Shown here: positions 19,120 through 29,067 of the stretch, piece after piece | Layout: each line of letters opens with the position of its first letter | Position numbering within the stretch: position 1 is the first letter of the stretch | From: Nitrosopumilus sp. | Lineage (GTDB): Archaea; Thermoproteota; Nitrososphaeria; Nitrososphaerales; Nitrosopumilaceae | Length of the DNA: 46,986 bases | Reading direction: 5' to 3' | Assembly (NCBI GenBank): GCA_028439805.1 | Contig: JAMHKW010000001.1 | Coordinates: 6,711 to 53,696, forward strand | Translations under genes and position numbers: made by a program | Notes under the pieces: generated by a model | What the model was told of the DNA's origin: nothing | The model's input: the letters and a program-made list of their open reading frames with translations, nothing else | Databases searched by the model: none

Positions 19120-19680
19120 TTACTCATAAATCATTAGTTCTTTTTCTTCTAGTAATGCATGCAAGTTGTTAACAGATCTATACACGTCTTCTTCTTTTTT
19201 AGCTCCTGTACATACCAATTTTCCTGAGGAAAATAACAAAATGACTGTCTTTGGGTCTAACATTCTATGAATAAGTCCTGGAAATTGTTCTGGCTCATAC
19301 ATGCTTCTTGGTAATGTCCTTGCAGCTTGCTCTAAATGGATTCTTCCACCTAGATTAATTGAAGCTACCATATTTTGAATTGTTACTGTGGCATCCTTTT
19401 TCACTTTAATTCCCCCTTTTCGAAGTTTCTGAACTACTGTTTTTACTGCCTTTCTTGCCATATCTTCTGATTTTGAACCAGTACATACCATTTTACCTGA
19501 TGTGAAAATCAGTGTTGCAGTTTTTGGAATCTTTAATCTAAAAACTAGACCTGGAAATTGATCCGGATGATATTCTACACCTGGAAATGTTCTAGTAATT
19601 TCATTTAGGTCCATCTTTTGACCTACATCTGCTGAGGCTACAACATTTTCTACACTAACAATAGGTTTTGTTTCTGGCAT
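19120..19680 (-). CDS. tbp: TATA-box-binding protein
   Basis: Two repeats of NVVAS..YxPxQFPGL..LIFxSGKxVCTG. Confidence 0.98.
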   Translation of the reverse strand: MPETKPIVSVENVVASADVGQKMDLNEITRTFPGVEYHPDQFPGLVFRLKIPKTATLIFTSGKMVCTGSKSEDMARKAVKTVVQKLRKGGIKVKKDATVTIQNMVASINLGGRIHLEQAARTLPRSMYEPEQFPGLIHRMLDPKTVILLFSSGKLVCTGAKKEEDVYRSVNNLHALLEEKELMIYE

Positions 19681-19814
19681 ATTTGGCTTTTTTGTATTTA
19701 ACTATAATAAAAGCACTCGCCATTATTTTGCCCTTTGATATGATTTTTTGTAATTTTCAGCATAAATTTTAGTTTTTGAAGACTAGGACGAATGGTTTAA
19801 TTTAGAACCGATGA

Positions 19815-20948
19815 ATGTTAGGTCTAGTGAATTTTACAAATTTTGATTTTGATCAGATGTTTGCAATGAGTGATGATACAAATCCAATTATGATGATAAT
19901 TTGGATAGTTCCTATAATCCTCTTTGTGTTTTATGGACAACGAATCCAACTTTACATTACTTCTGGTGAAATCAAAAAAGGAATAAAAAAACTTGATAGT
20001 TTTAAAGAAGAATCAAGAAATGAATTAATTGATTACATTAAAAATAATTTAAAACCAAAAGATGACTTTGTAAAAAAAATTGACCGATTTTTAGATTATT
20101 TTACAATTATGCCAGTTGATATGGATCCTAATGGTATAGTAGAAAAAGTAAAACATACTATAAGATCAAGGGAAGACTATACTCGAGAACATGTAAAATT
20201 ACTTTCTCCAGAAATTAGTGATTTAGAATTAGCCAAAGTGCAAACTTTGCTTGAAATTGCATCAACTTTACAAATGATTTACAAAATAGTCAATCACATG
20301 TATTTGACTGCAAAAAAGCAAAATAACTATCCATTAATTTTACCTCTTCAAATGCTTCTTCCTTTTATAATGGAGCAAGCAGATGCAATGAAAGAAGCAA
20401 TTCCTGCATTTAAAGCAGGACAACCAGTAGGCGATGGAATTGGTCCGATGATTGTAGGAAAAATGATGCTAGATTCTCAAAAAGACACTGTTGCGTTTCA
20501 AACTGTTCTTGCAAAAACTGAATTTGAGAATAGACAACTATTTCTTTTAAAAGCTGAAGGGCCAGGCTCTACAGTTGGAAGGCCAGCTGATGCACTAGAG
20601 GCAATTGTGTCTAATAACAAACTTGATGCAATAATTATGATTGATGCGGCATTGAAAATGGAAGGCGAGGACTCTGCATCTGTTTCTCAAGGTTTTGGTG
20701 CCGCAATTGGTGGAATTGGAACTGAAAGATTTGAAATTGAAGCAATTGCAACTAACAATAAGATTCCTGTTTTTTCCATTGTAGTAAAACAAACAGTCAA
20801 AGAAGCAATAACTTTGATGAGCAAAGAAATTGCAGATCAGGCAGATGATGTACGTTTACAAGTCTATGAAATGATTCAAGAAAATACAAAGCCTGGTCAA
20901 TCTGTTCTAATTATTGGTGTAGGTAATACTGCAGGAGTGCCTCAATAA
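19815..20948 (+). CDS. DUF1512-like archaeal protein (start may be GTG 19827)
   Basis: N-terminal TM, PVDMDPNG, QPVGDGIGP, KAEGPG, MIDAALKMEGE, GAAIGGIG, IGVGNT. Confidence 0.8.
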   Translation: MLGLVNFTNFDFDQMFAMSDDTNPIMMIIWIVPIILFVFYGQRIQLYITSGEIKKGIKKLDSFKEESRNELIDYIKNNLKPKDDFVKKIDRFLDYFTIMPVDMDPNGIVEKVKHTIRSREDYTREHVKLLSPEISDLELAKVQTLLEIASTLQMIYKIVNHMYLTAKKQNNYPLILPLQMLLPFIMEQADAMKEAIPAFKAGQPVGDGIGPMIVGKMMLDSQKDTVAFQTVLAKTEFENRQLFLLKAEGPGSTVGRPADALEAIVSNNKLDAIIMIDAALKMEGEDSASVSQGFGAAIGGIGTERFEIEAIATNNKIPVFSIVVKQTVKEAITLMSKEIADQADDVRLQVYEMIQENTKPGQSVLIIGVGNTAGVPQ

Positions 20949-21127
20949 TGTTCTCAAAGAAAAAAATTACAACTGCATACACTATTGAAAAATGTAAAAA
21001 ATGTAAGATGCTAAGAAAACGAAAATTTGTTCAAGGAGATATTTTATTTGCAGAATCCTCAAAATGTACTTCATGTGATGGAATGACTAGTATTGAAAAG
21101 ATATTTGCTGAAACCTTTGAACAATAA
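20948..21127 (+). CDS. Small zinc-ribbon protein (59 aa), not in the ORF track
   Basis: MFSKKKITTAYTIEKCKKCK...KCTSCDG...FEQ with two CxxC pairs; TAATG overlap with the DUF1512 stop. Confidence 0.8.
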   Translation: MFSKKKITTAYTIEKCKKCKMLRKRKFVQGDILFAESSKCTSCDGMTSIEKIFAETFEQ

Positions 21128-21140
21128 TTTCTGAATTTTT

Positions 21141-22037
21141 TTATAGAGCCTGAGTAGTTACAGTTACTCCATTCTCATTTGGAATAAATGTGTGTTCTGC
21201 TTGTGCAACTCTTTGCTCATTTACTTCAATTAGAATGGGATATGCTTGTACTGCTTTTTTCTTTATCAAAATATCTAGTAATTCTCTTGCCTTTTTTTCT
21301 TCCCAATCTTTTGTAATCCATCTTAATGCAAATGGTAACATGTTAAAGTTATTCCAAATAAAATCAAGCAGTTTATCTGCTTCATCATTTTTTGTTTTCT
21401 TTCGTGAATTTATTGCAAAAATATTTTTAATTTGGCCATTTCTGACAAAGCCTCCACCTTGTTCTGTTGTCACAAATGGTTCACATGCATAAGCTGAATT
21501 CTCTGAAAGTGAAAATCCACCAATTGACCAAATGTTTGGAATAGACTTTCCAGCATGTATTGTATATTGTTCTAGTGAGTGACCGCTAAGATTTGCAATT
21601 GGTTTGAAACCCATTTGTTTTATTGTAGTTTCAATAGTTCGTCCAACATCACTAACTTTTACTCCAGATTTTATCATCGACATTGCATTACCCAATGCTT
21701 CTTCAGCTGTTTGAACTAAACCATCAAATTGTGCATCATAACAAACAGTTACTGCAGTATCTGCAATGTACCCATTAATCTGTGCACCTAGATCAATTTT
21801 TACTAAATCTGTATCTTTGATTGTAATTGGATCATTTGGTTCTGCAGTATAATGAGCTGCAACTTCATTAATACTAGTATTGACTGGAAATGCACACTTT
21901 GCACCTCTTTTTCTTATTTCATCTTCAACCCATTCACAAATCTCATAAACTGTTTTTCCAACCCAGTCTTTTACTCGAACCATTTCTCTCACTTCTGCTG
22001 CAATCTTCCCTGCTTTGATGTAGTCTTCGATTTGCAC
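21141..22037 (-). CDS. map: Methionine aminopeptidase type II
   Basis: AFPVN..AAHYT, KIDLG..GYIADTA, NLSGH, ACEPF, AQAEHT. Confidence 0.97.
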   Translation of the reverse strand: MQIEDYIKAGKIAAEVREMVRVKDWVGKTVYEICEWVEDEIRKRGAKCAFPVNTSINEVAAHYTAEPNDPITIKDTDLVKIDLGAQINGYIADTAVTVCYDAQFDGLVQTAEEALGNAMSMIKSGVKVSDVGRTIETTIKQMGFKPIANLSGHSLEQYTIHAGKSIPNIWSIGGFSLSENSAYACEPFVTTEQGGGFVRNGQIKNIFAINSRKKTKNDEADKLLDFIWNNFNMLPFALRWITKDWEEKKARELLDILIKKKAVQAYPILIEVNEQRVAQAEHTFIPNENGVTVTTQAL

Positions 22038-22109
22038 ATTTTTGATCCTCTGAGTGCCTTTAAAATGATTATCTGTGAAGCTTAAATTGGGTAACTTTTA
22101 GGATTTACT

Positions 22110-22183
22110 GGGATCGTGGTCTAGCTTGGTATGATTCTGCGTTTGGGACGCAGAGGTCGCGAATTCAAATTTCGCCGGTCCCA
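22110..22183 (+). tRNA. tRNA-Pro (anticodon UGG), no intron, CCA not encoded
   Basis: Acceptor GGGATCG/CGGTCCC+A; anticodon arm CTGCG-TT-TGG-GA-CGCAG; T arm GCGAA-TTCAAAT-TTCGC. Confidence 0.96.
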
Positions 22184-22225
22184 CCTCAACCATTATCTTA
22201 TTATCAAATTATTATACAATATTAC

Positions 22226-22297
22226 TGCCGAGCAATGAAGAAGAGTTAGAGTAATGACTTTGAAATGAAGTAAACTAATTGGCTCTGAGCTCCGGCA
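22226..22297 (+). ncRNA. Box C/D methylation guide sRNA candidate
   Basis: Terminal stem TGCCGAGC/GCT(C)CGGCA; C ATGAAGA 22235-41; D' ATGA 22254-57; C' ATGAAGT 22265-71; D CTGA 22285-88; guides of 12 and 13 nt. Confidence 0.75.
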
Positions 22298-22321
22298 TGT
22301 TTTTATCAATTCTATGATGTC

Positions 22322-22570
22322 TTGACTTTATTGAAATTTGAAAGACGTGATATCCTTTTGATTGCAGGGCTTTTACTTTTTATGATTGGGTTAACCCCAT
22401 TTATGGCTCCAGCTTATGCTGCGCTTATAGTAATTATCATGTATTTTGGAATCAAAGTGTATGTGGCAAAGAGAACCCAATTAATTAAACGAGATGTGGG
22501 AGAAGGAATATGCATGGAATGTGGCTTTAAAATACTAGATAAGAAATGCTCAAATTGTGACTATTCTTAG
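22322..22570 (+). CDS. Small membrane protein with C-terminal zinc ribbon
   Basis: Two TM helices, then CMECG...CSNC. Confidence 0.75.
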   Translation: MTLLKFERRDILLIAGLLLFMIGLTPFMAPAYAALIVIIMYFGIKVYVAKRTQLIKRDVGEGICMECGFKILDKKCSNCDYS

Positions 22571-22714
22571 GAATGATTCCTACGTACTCCTTAATACTGA
22601 AAAATTAGGATAATTTTTGATGGTTTTAAGATATATGACTTTAACAACAAGCTCAACTTTTCCTCAATTTCATTCTAAAATGAGTCCTTTAGTCAGACAA
22701 ATTAGGAAATCGCA

Positions 22715-25700
22715 ATGAATCGGAACCTAACTTTAGTATTTTCTATATTCCTACTTGTAGGAATTATGATTCCTGCATATGCTCAAACCAGTTCTGATAA
22801 TGTTGTAATTAATGAAGTAGATACTAATCCTCCTGGGGATGATTCTGCATCTGTATCTGAATGGGCAGAACTTTACAATCCTACTGATTCTGATATTGAT
22901 TTAAGTGGTTGGGAAATTGCATCAACAACCGTTCTAAAAAAATCAATGACTATTCCTAATGGTACTATAATTAAATCAGGACAATTTTTGACATACTCCT
23001 ATCAAACTACTTGGTTTACTGATGTTGGTGAATCTGTTGAACTTAGAGATGAAAATGGAATTGTTATTGATAAAACTCCAATGATTACTGATATTCAAAA
23101 TGATTTTAAATCTTGGCAAAGAATCTATGATGGCTATAATTTGGATAGTTCTGATTATTGGAAATTTGTAACATCTACTGCTGGTTCATCAAATGGAAAA
23201 TTACTAGAAACACAAGAATCACAAGAAATTACTGTGAGTGTTTCATTAGAAAAACCTTCTTATTTATTTGGAGAAGTTGCAATCATTGAAGGAAATGTTT
23301 CTGTAGTGGCTACTCCTGTCAAGCCTGAATTTAAACCTGAACCTATCACAATAGTTATTTCTGGACACAACTTTTACAAAACTGTAACTTTATTCCCTGA
23401 TTTGAATTTAAATTACAAAACTACTCTAAGTTTGCATCAAGTTCTTGGAGTTAGTGAAGGATATTATGATGTATCTGTTAGTTATGTTGATGCTACTGCA
23501 AATACATCTTTTTCAGTAGGATATGAAATAATTGAACAGGAAATAAAAGAAGATGGCTCCTTTAGTATTGCCACTGATAAAACACAATACCTTCCAGGAC
23601 AAGACGTTTCAATTACTGGATTTGCTACTGAAATTATTCCATTTACAGGAATGACATTTACTGTCACTGATTCTCAAGGTAAAATAATCTATAGTGGAAA
23701 TCTATTTCCAACTAATGGTAAATTCACCACTAGTGTTTTTGTAACGACTGTAAATCCTACTTTTGGAACTTATAAAATTATTGGTGAATATTTTGATAAA
23801 TCTGCTTTAACTACTTTTGAGGTAGTAGAGGACTTCAAAGAATCTGTACCTATTTCGCTTTGGACTGATAAAGATGCATATGGTTTAGGTGAGGAAGTAA
23901 AAATTACTGGTAGAGTAAATCAATCTTGGGTTGGAACATTGGATTTGAATATTATTGATACAAAACAATCAGGGATTGTAACTTCTACTACTGAAAGTGT
24001 ATCTGGATTTAAAATTCAACGCTCTTTAACTGTTTTAGGTGATGGCTCTTTTAATTACACCTTCACACTTCCAAATGACCAAGTTAGATTAGGTGATTAC
24101 AGAATTAATGTTTCAAAGGATCTTGGCTCAGTCACTAAAATCATTCATGTAGTTACCAATCCTGATGAGTATGTTGCTTCTGATGTACCATTGACAATTA
24201 ACTTTGATAAAGAAATCTATGAACTTGGCGATAAAATGAATATTAATGGATTCATTAAAGATATTTTTGGAAATTCTAGTTATGCAACAGGTGCTTCTGT
24301 TAAAATTTCAATTTCTAATGAAGACGGTACTCCCCTAGAGATAATTGGTTTACCAAAGGAAGTAAAAGGCTCATCGAGAACAGAGAATGGTGTTGTTGTT
24401 GCATTTGATTTTACAGCAGTTCCTAAAACTTCAGGAAATTATTCACTTCAAATTGAACTTTCTAAACTTATCTTTGCTGAAGGAAACTATGTTGTAAAGG
24501 CACAATATTTGGATAATATTACAACAAAAACTTTCGCAATTGTTGATTCTCTTGGTTTGCAAGATAAAGTAGTTATTTCACTTGATAAGGATGTTTATGG
24601 TTTAGGTGAAACTATCTACCTTACTGCAACACTTCCTCCTACTGGATCTAGAAATGTTGATATTTCATTGACAAAACCTAATGGGGCTGTTATTAATTCT
24701 GGTGTGCCTATTGATAATCAACGTTTCTCATGGTTTTGGATTATTCCTAGTTCTGAATTAACACAAAATACTAAAACTGATGATACGCGAAATGTCATAA
24801 ACTCTAACTTTGGAATATACAAAATTAGGACTACTATTGACTCCATTACCACAAACACTTTCTTCAAAGTCTCAACCGATCCTGAAAATGATTCTTTATC
24901 AACCACCCCTCTCTTTGTATCTACTGACAAATCATTGTACAAGGCTGGTGAAAAATTAAAAGTGATTGGAAATGTTATCAAACGTGATCAAGGAGATCAA
25001 GGATTAATTGTTACAGATAGAGTAAATATTCGAGTACTTGATGGAATTCACCCATATGCGCTAATTCATGAATCTTCTGTTTATCCAAATAATGGTGGTG
25101 AATTTTCAAGCATCTTTGAATTACCTGTTACAATTTTTACTCAAGGATCATATACTGTAAAAGCAACATACAACAGCATTCGGGCTGAAGCTACATTTAG
25201 TGTAGCTAGTGATTTTGTTTTTGGTGTTGATGAACCAGTATCTCTTCTAATATCTACTGATAAATCAGAATATCATCCTGGTGATGTGGTAACAGTTAAT
25301 GGAAAACCCAACAAGTTAATTTATCTTGAAGAATACGATGTTAGTGTTATTCAAAAAACAGATACTGAAATTACATGTGGCTCATTTATTTGTGGAAAAC
25401 ATGTAGGGCCTGTAACTACTATTCGTCCAAATCCTGCTGGTTCATTTACGCATCAATTTGTAATTCCTAATTCTGTATCTGCTGTTGGAAAATACGAAGT
25501 AACAGTTGATGCTGATTTTGAAACAAAATCTATTAAATTTGATGTAGTTGAAAAACCACAAACTCCAAAACTAAATACTGTGATTGAAAAAGAAAACAGA
25601 ATTTCTGAAAAAATAATCCCTATATTTACTGAAGAAAAAACTGTAGATAATGTAACTATTGCTCCAAGGGTGGTTTCTGGCTCTTTGCTTACTGCATCAA

Positions 25701-26008
25701 GAGCAGATGAACCTAATGTTCACCTAAAGATATCAACTGAAACTGGCACATGTGTTATTGGTCCTGATGATAATTGTCTTGTTAAAGAATCTACAAGAAA
25801 ACAAGGACAAATCTATGATGTCGTTGAAGTTGATGGAATTAATCTCAATGTAAGGTATAGTGGTTCAGATGTACGCCTTGAGAAATTTAGTATTTTGCCT
25901 GAATCCTCTTCAGAATTTTTACCTGATGCAAATTGGAATGTTGAAATCATCAAAGATGACCAGGTTTCTAGATTTTATTACAAAGTTACATACAAAACTC
26001 TAGAGTAA
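22715..26008 (+). CDS. Large secreted protein: lamin-tail domain plus 7 Ig-like (MG2-like) repeats
   Basis: Signal peptide (..PAYA|Q), VVINEV..EWAELYNP..IDLSGW lamin-tail motif, repeated [T/L/F]DKxxYxxGxxV motif. Confidence 0.85.
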   Translation: MNRNLTLVFSIFLLVGIMIPAYAQTSSDNVVINEVDTNPPGDDSASVSEWAELYNPTDSDIDLSGWEIASTTVLKKSMTIPNGTIIKSGQFLTYSYQTTWFTDVGESVELRDENGIVIDKTPMITDIQNDFKSWQRIYDGYNLDSSDYWKFVTSTAGSSNGKLLETQESQEITVSVSLEKPSYLFGEVAIIEGNVSVVATPVKPEFKPEPITIVISGHNFYKTVTLFPDLNLNYKTTLSLHQVLGVSEGYYDVSVSYVDATANTSFSVGYEIIEQEIKEDGSFSIATDKTQYLPGQDVSITGFATEIIPFTGMTFTVTDSQGKIIYSGNLFPTNGKFTTSVFVTTVNPTFGTYKIIGEYFDKSALTTFEVVEDFKESVPISLWTDKDAYGLGEEVKITGRVNQSWVGTLDLNIIDTKQSGIVTSTTESVSGFKIQRSLTVLGDGSFNYTFTLPNDQVRLGDYRINVSKDLGSVTKIIHVVTNPDEYVASDVPLTINFDKEIYELGDKMNINGFIKDIFGNSSYATGASVKISISNEDGTPLEIIGLPKEVKGSSRTENGVVVAFDFTAVPKTSGNYSLQIELSKLIFAEGNYVVKAQYLDNITTKTFAIVDSLGLQDKVVISLDKDVYGLGETIYLTATLPPTGSRNVDISLTKPNGAVINSGVPIDNQRFSWFWIIPSSELTQNTKTDDTRNVINSNFGIYKIRTTIDSITTNTFFKVSTDPENDSLSTTPLFVSTDKSLYKAGEKLKVIGNVIKRDQGDQGLIVTDRVNIRVLDGIHPYALIHESSVYPNNGGEFSSIFELPVTIFTQGSYTVKATYNSIRAEATFSVASDFVFGVDEPVSLLISTDKSEYHPGDVVTVNGKPNKLIYLEEYDVSVIQKTDTEITCGSFICGKHVGPVTTIRPNPAGSFTHQFVIPNSVSAVGKYEVTVDADFETKSIKFDVVEKPQTPKLNTVIEKENRISEKIIPIFTEEKTVDNVTIAPRVVSGSLLTASRADEPNVHLKISTETGTCVIGPDDNCLVKESTRKQGQIYDVVEVDGINLNVRYSGSDVRLEKFSILPESSSEFLPDANWNVEIIKDDQVSRFYYKVTYKTLE

Positions 26009-26033
26009 ATTCAAAATACTGTTTATTTCATTA

Positions 26034-26534
26034 TTGAGTGAAATGAAATTACAAGTTTTGATGTTTTATCAAGATGATCCAAAAAAGTGCACAGCTGCAA
26101 AGATGGTGAAATTTGGCCTTGCTCACAATATTAGAAAGATTGGCAATAAAGGATTAGTTTTAGATCCTTTCTCTGACAAGACTTTGTTGCCTAAAGATAG
26201 GTCTAAGATTAACTCTATTGTTGGAATTGACTGCTCTTGGAATTTAGCAGATCAAGCATTCTCTAAAAAATTTAATGGCATCAAACGAAAACTTCCACCA
26301 TTACTTGCAGGAAATCCTGTAAATTATTCAAAACTAAACAAATTAACTACTGTAGAGGCATTATCTGCGGCATTATTTATTTTGGGTTTTAAAGAACAAG
26401 GTATGGAATTACTTGATAAATTCAAGTGGGGACACACTTTCTACGAACTTAATCAAAACCTTCTAAATGAATATTTGAAACTTGAAAATGAAGATCAGAT
26501 TAATTTAATTTTAAAAGATTTTGGATTGTTATAG
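26034..26534 (+). CDS. tsr3: SSU rRNA aminocarboxypropyltransferase Tsr3 (DUF367)
   Basis: DDPKKCTA, IDCSW, RKLPPLLAGNPVNY, LTTVEAL, FKWGHTF..LN. Confidence 0.93.
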   Translation: MSEMKLQVLMFYQDDPKKCTAAKMVKFGLAHNIRKIGNKGLVLDPFSDKTLLPKDRSKINSIVGIDCSWNLADQAFSKKFNGIKRKLPPLLAGNPVNYSKLNKLTTVEALSAALFILGFKEQGMELLDKFKWGHTFYELNQNLLNEYLKLENEDQINLILKDFGLL

Positions 26535-28991
26535 ATATCTCTTTTTAAGATAAATTACTATTCCAATAATGGCTAGTATTGGTATTATCCAAAATTCATA
26601 CTCTGTTTTGTTTTCTGTAAATTCTATATCATCATACAAACTGGTTGGTAATTCTGTTTTATCATTAGTTACAATGAAACTTGATTCATAAAAATCAGGT
26701 TTTAGCACAGAATTTGAGATTGCAAATATCTTGATGTTGTTTGCCCCTATTCCTAAATTTTCTGTATTTTCTGAAGGTATTTTGATAATGATATTATCTT
26801 TATCTATTCCAAGTGTCTCTGACACTATGATCTTCCCTTCACTATTTATCAAAAAATATAAAATTGAATCTGAATTATCTGTATCTATTTTTATTTCTAA
26901 TTCTTCTCCCTTTTGAATAATCTTTTTCATTTCTATATTTTTTATTATTGGCAATTTTACTTTTTCAAATTCTTCCCATTCTCCAATTTTAAATGGATAA
27001 GAATCATCATTAAATGCACTAACTGTTATTGTACGTGATTCTGGTGCATATGATTTTAAATAAAATGGTCCATTGCTAATTACTGCATGATTATTCTCTT
27101 CAATCCATTTTATTGATGAATTGTATCTATTTTGAAAATATTCCAAACTTTGATTATTTTCTTTTAACGATGTAGGGATATAACTTGAATCTTTAAATTC
27201 TTGCAAATAATTTTTGATGAGACTTGCATCTTTTGGAATAATTAATGATAGCCAACTCACATTTTTACTTGTAGCCCCAGATCTTGAAAATGATACTTTC
27301 CCATCCATCACTGCTTTCTCCATTGCAGCTGAAATTTCCCATGGCATTGAACACCACAGTGCTGCCGAATCTGCAATTTCACCATCATCAAAATGCCAAT
27401 AATCTACATAAACTTCAATTGTGTCTTCATCAATTTGATTCACACCAATTATTGTTTGAATCACCTGAGAAGCTCTTGGAGTAAATTCTGTGTCAAAAGT
27501 TCTATCATTTTCATCAGTTTGAGTTCCCCATTCTATTGTAAAATATAATGAATGTAAAATATCACTAATGTCCATTTTTTCTCCATTATGCCAATTACTA
27601 AATTCAAAATCAAATGTCACCTTACTTGTTGCAAGTGTATCTGGAGTGGCATTTTCCCATTTTTGTAAGGATGGATTCCAAATTTGTGCCTCTTGAGGCA
27701 CAATCAGTTTTTCATTTGGTCCTACGGTTTCAACTTGCCATTTTGTTCTAACAGGAAAAGTCTCACCTGTAAATGGGTGCTTGAATGTTCCAGGGTCTGA
27801 AATTACTTCCCAAATGTGTCTGCTATAACTATCAGTTAATCCCATAACTGGATTCCATGCTCCTTGATAGATTTGTTTTACTCCCACTACAAACTCATCA
27901 TTATCACTTTTAGCATTAATTGGAGTGAACCTACTTGGAACTCCTGCCCCAAAATCATTAACGATTCCACTGACATTTTCATTTGCAACATATTGATCAA
28001 TTTTGCTTGCCACAAAAATTCTTACGGCTTCATTGACTCCTTCGACAACTGCTTCTTGTATCAATAATGATCTTTTTTCATCTGACTCAAAACCTCCAGA
28101 GTATATTTTTTGAGTAAGTTCATCTAGTTTGTCATTTTCATAATTCCAGTATGATGGAATATTGAATCCTGGCATATTTGAAAACCAAGGCGAATACATC
28201 TGTCCTATTCCTACAGAATCATATTTTACAAATGCAGATCGAGCCCATCCTTCAGTGTATAAACTCCACTTCAAATCTGAAGGATTTGAACCATACACTA
28301 CAACAAATGCTTTGTTCAAATCTCCCAAATCCTTTTTGATAGTGAATCCTATTTTTTGTAATTCAACTGCTAAAATTTCCCCTATTGATTTTCTTACTGG
28401 ATCATCACTTCTAATAAAAATTGTAATCTCTATTGGAATTGAATCCATTTGCCACTTGCCGTTAATTTTTTCTGCTCCTTTTTCTTTTAGTATTTTGGAG
28501 ATAATTTGTTCTGCAAGGGCAGGATTGTATTTGAAATTAAATGATTCTAGTTGTTCAATAACTGTCAGATATTCTGGTTCTGATGGCCCATAGTACGAAA
28601 TGATTGGGGATCCATACCCTCCCATCAATTCATTTACGATTAATTTTCTATCTATCAAATAATTTAATGCGAATCTAATTTCCTTACTTGAAAATGGGTT
28701 GAATTCTTCAGATTCCGCAGGATTGACCAGAATACTATATGATCCTCCTGTAGAATCGAAAACCTGTAATCCTTCTCTTGCTTGATTATCTTCTAACCTA
28801 TCTGATGAAATTGTATAATAATATACATCCAAGTTTCCATTTCGTACTTCTTCTAATGCTGTATTCTCATCTAGATACTGAATGAATTTAACTGAATCAA
28901 AAAATGTGCTTTTTTCTGCAAAAGATTCATTTTGCATTACCACTACAATTGAAAGAGCTAGTATGATAACTAGCAATTTTTCCATAATCAT
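26529..28991 (-). CDS. ABC transporter substrate-binding protein, family 5 (peptide/nickel), with C-terminal TM anchor
   Basis: Signal peptide, NPF..EIRFALNYLIDR, WHNGE...D, SNGPFYL, C-terminal hydrophobic helix plus KKR. Confidence 0.85.
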   Translation of the reverse strand: MIMEKLLVIILALSIVVVMQNESFAEKSTFFDSVKFIQYLDENTALEEVRNGNLDVYYYTISSDRLEDNQAREGLQVFDSTGGSYSILVNPAESEEFNPFSSKEIRFALNYLIDRKLIVNELMGGYGSPIISYYGPSEPEYLTVIEQLESFNFKYNPALAEQIISKILKEKGAEKINGKWQMDSIPIEITIFIRSDDPVRKSIGEILAVELQKIGFTIKKDLGDLNKAFVVVYGSNPSDLKWSLYTEGWARSAFVKYDSVGIGQMYSPWFSNMPGFNIPSYWNYENDKLDELTQKIYSGGFESDEKRSLLIQEAVVEGVNEAVRIFVASKIDQYVANENVSGIVNDFGAGVPSRFTPINAKSDNDEFVVGVKQIYQGAWNPVMGLTDSYSRHIWEVISDPGTFKHPFTGETFPVRTKWQVETVGPNEKLIVPQEAQIWNPSLQKWENATPDTLATSKVTFDFEFSNWHNGEKMDISDILHSLYFTIEWGTQTDENDRTFDTEFTPRASQVIQTIIGVNQIDEDTIEVYVDYWHFDDGEIADSAALWCSMPWEISAAMEKAVMDGKVSFSRSGATSKNVSWLSLIIPKDASLIKNYLQEFKDSSYIPTSLKENNQSLEYFQNRYNSSIKWIEENNHAVISNGPFYLKSYAPESRTITVSAFNDDSYPFKIGEWEEFEKVKLPIIKNIEMKKIIQKGEELEIKIDTDNSDSILYFLINSEGKIIVSETLGIDKDNIIIKIPSENTENLGIGANNIKIFAISNSVLKPDFYESSFIVTNDKTELPTSLYDDIEFTENKTEYEFWIIPILAIIGIVIYLKKRYL

Positions 28992-29067
28992 AATTTAAGA
29001 TGCTTGTAATAAAATCTATATTATATCTCCTAAAACCTATATCAAGTAGATAAATCAAAACATACAA

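Noticed and set aside
22574-22640. Second box C/D-like pattern (also a weak one near 19777-19830)
   Set aside because: Degenerate boxes, irregular spacing and no convincing terminal stem in AT-rich DNA
22110-26008. tRNA-Pro as an integration site for an island
   Set aside because: No integrase, no duplicated tRNA 3' end seen, and no obvious compositional shift
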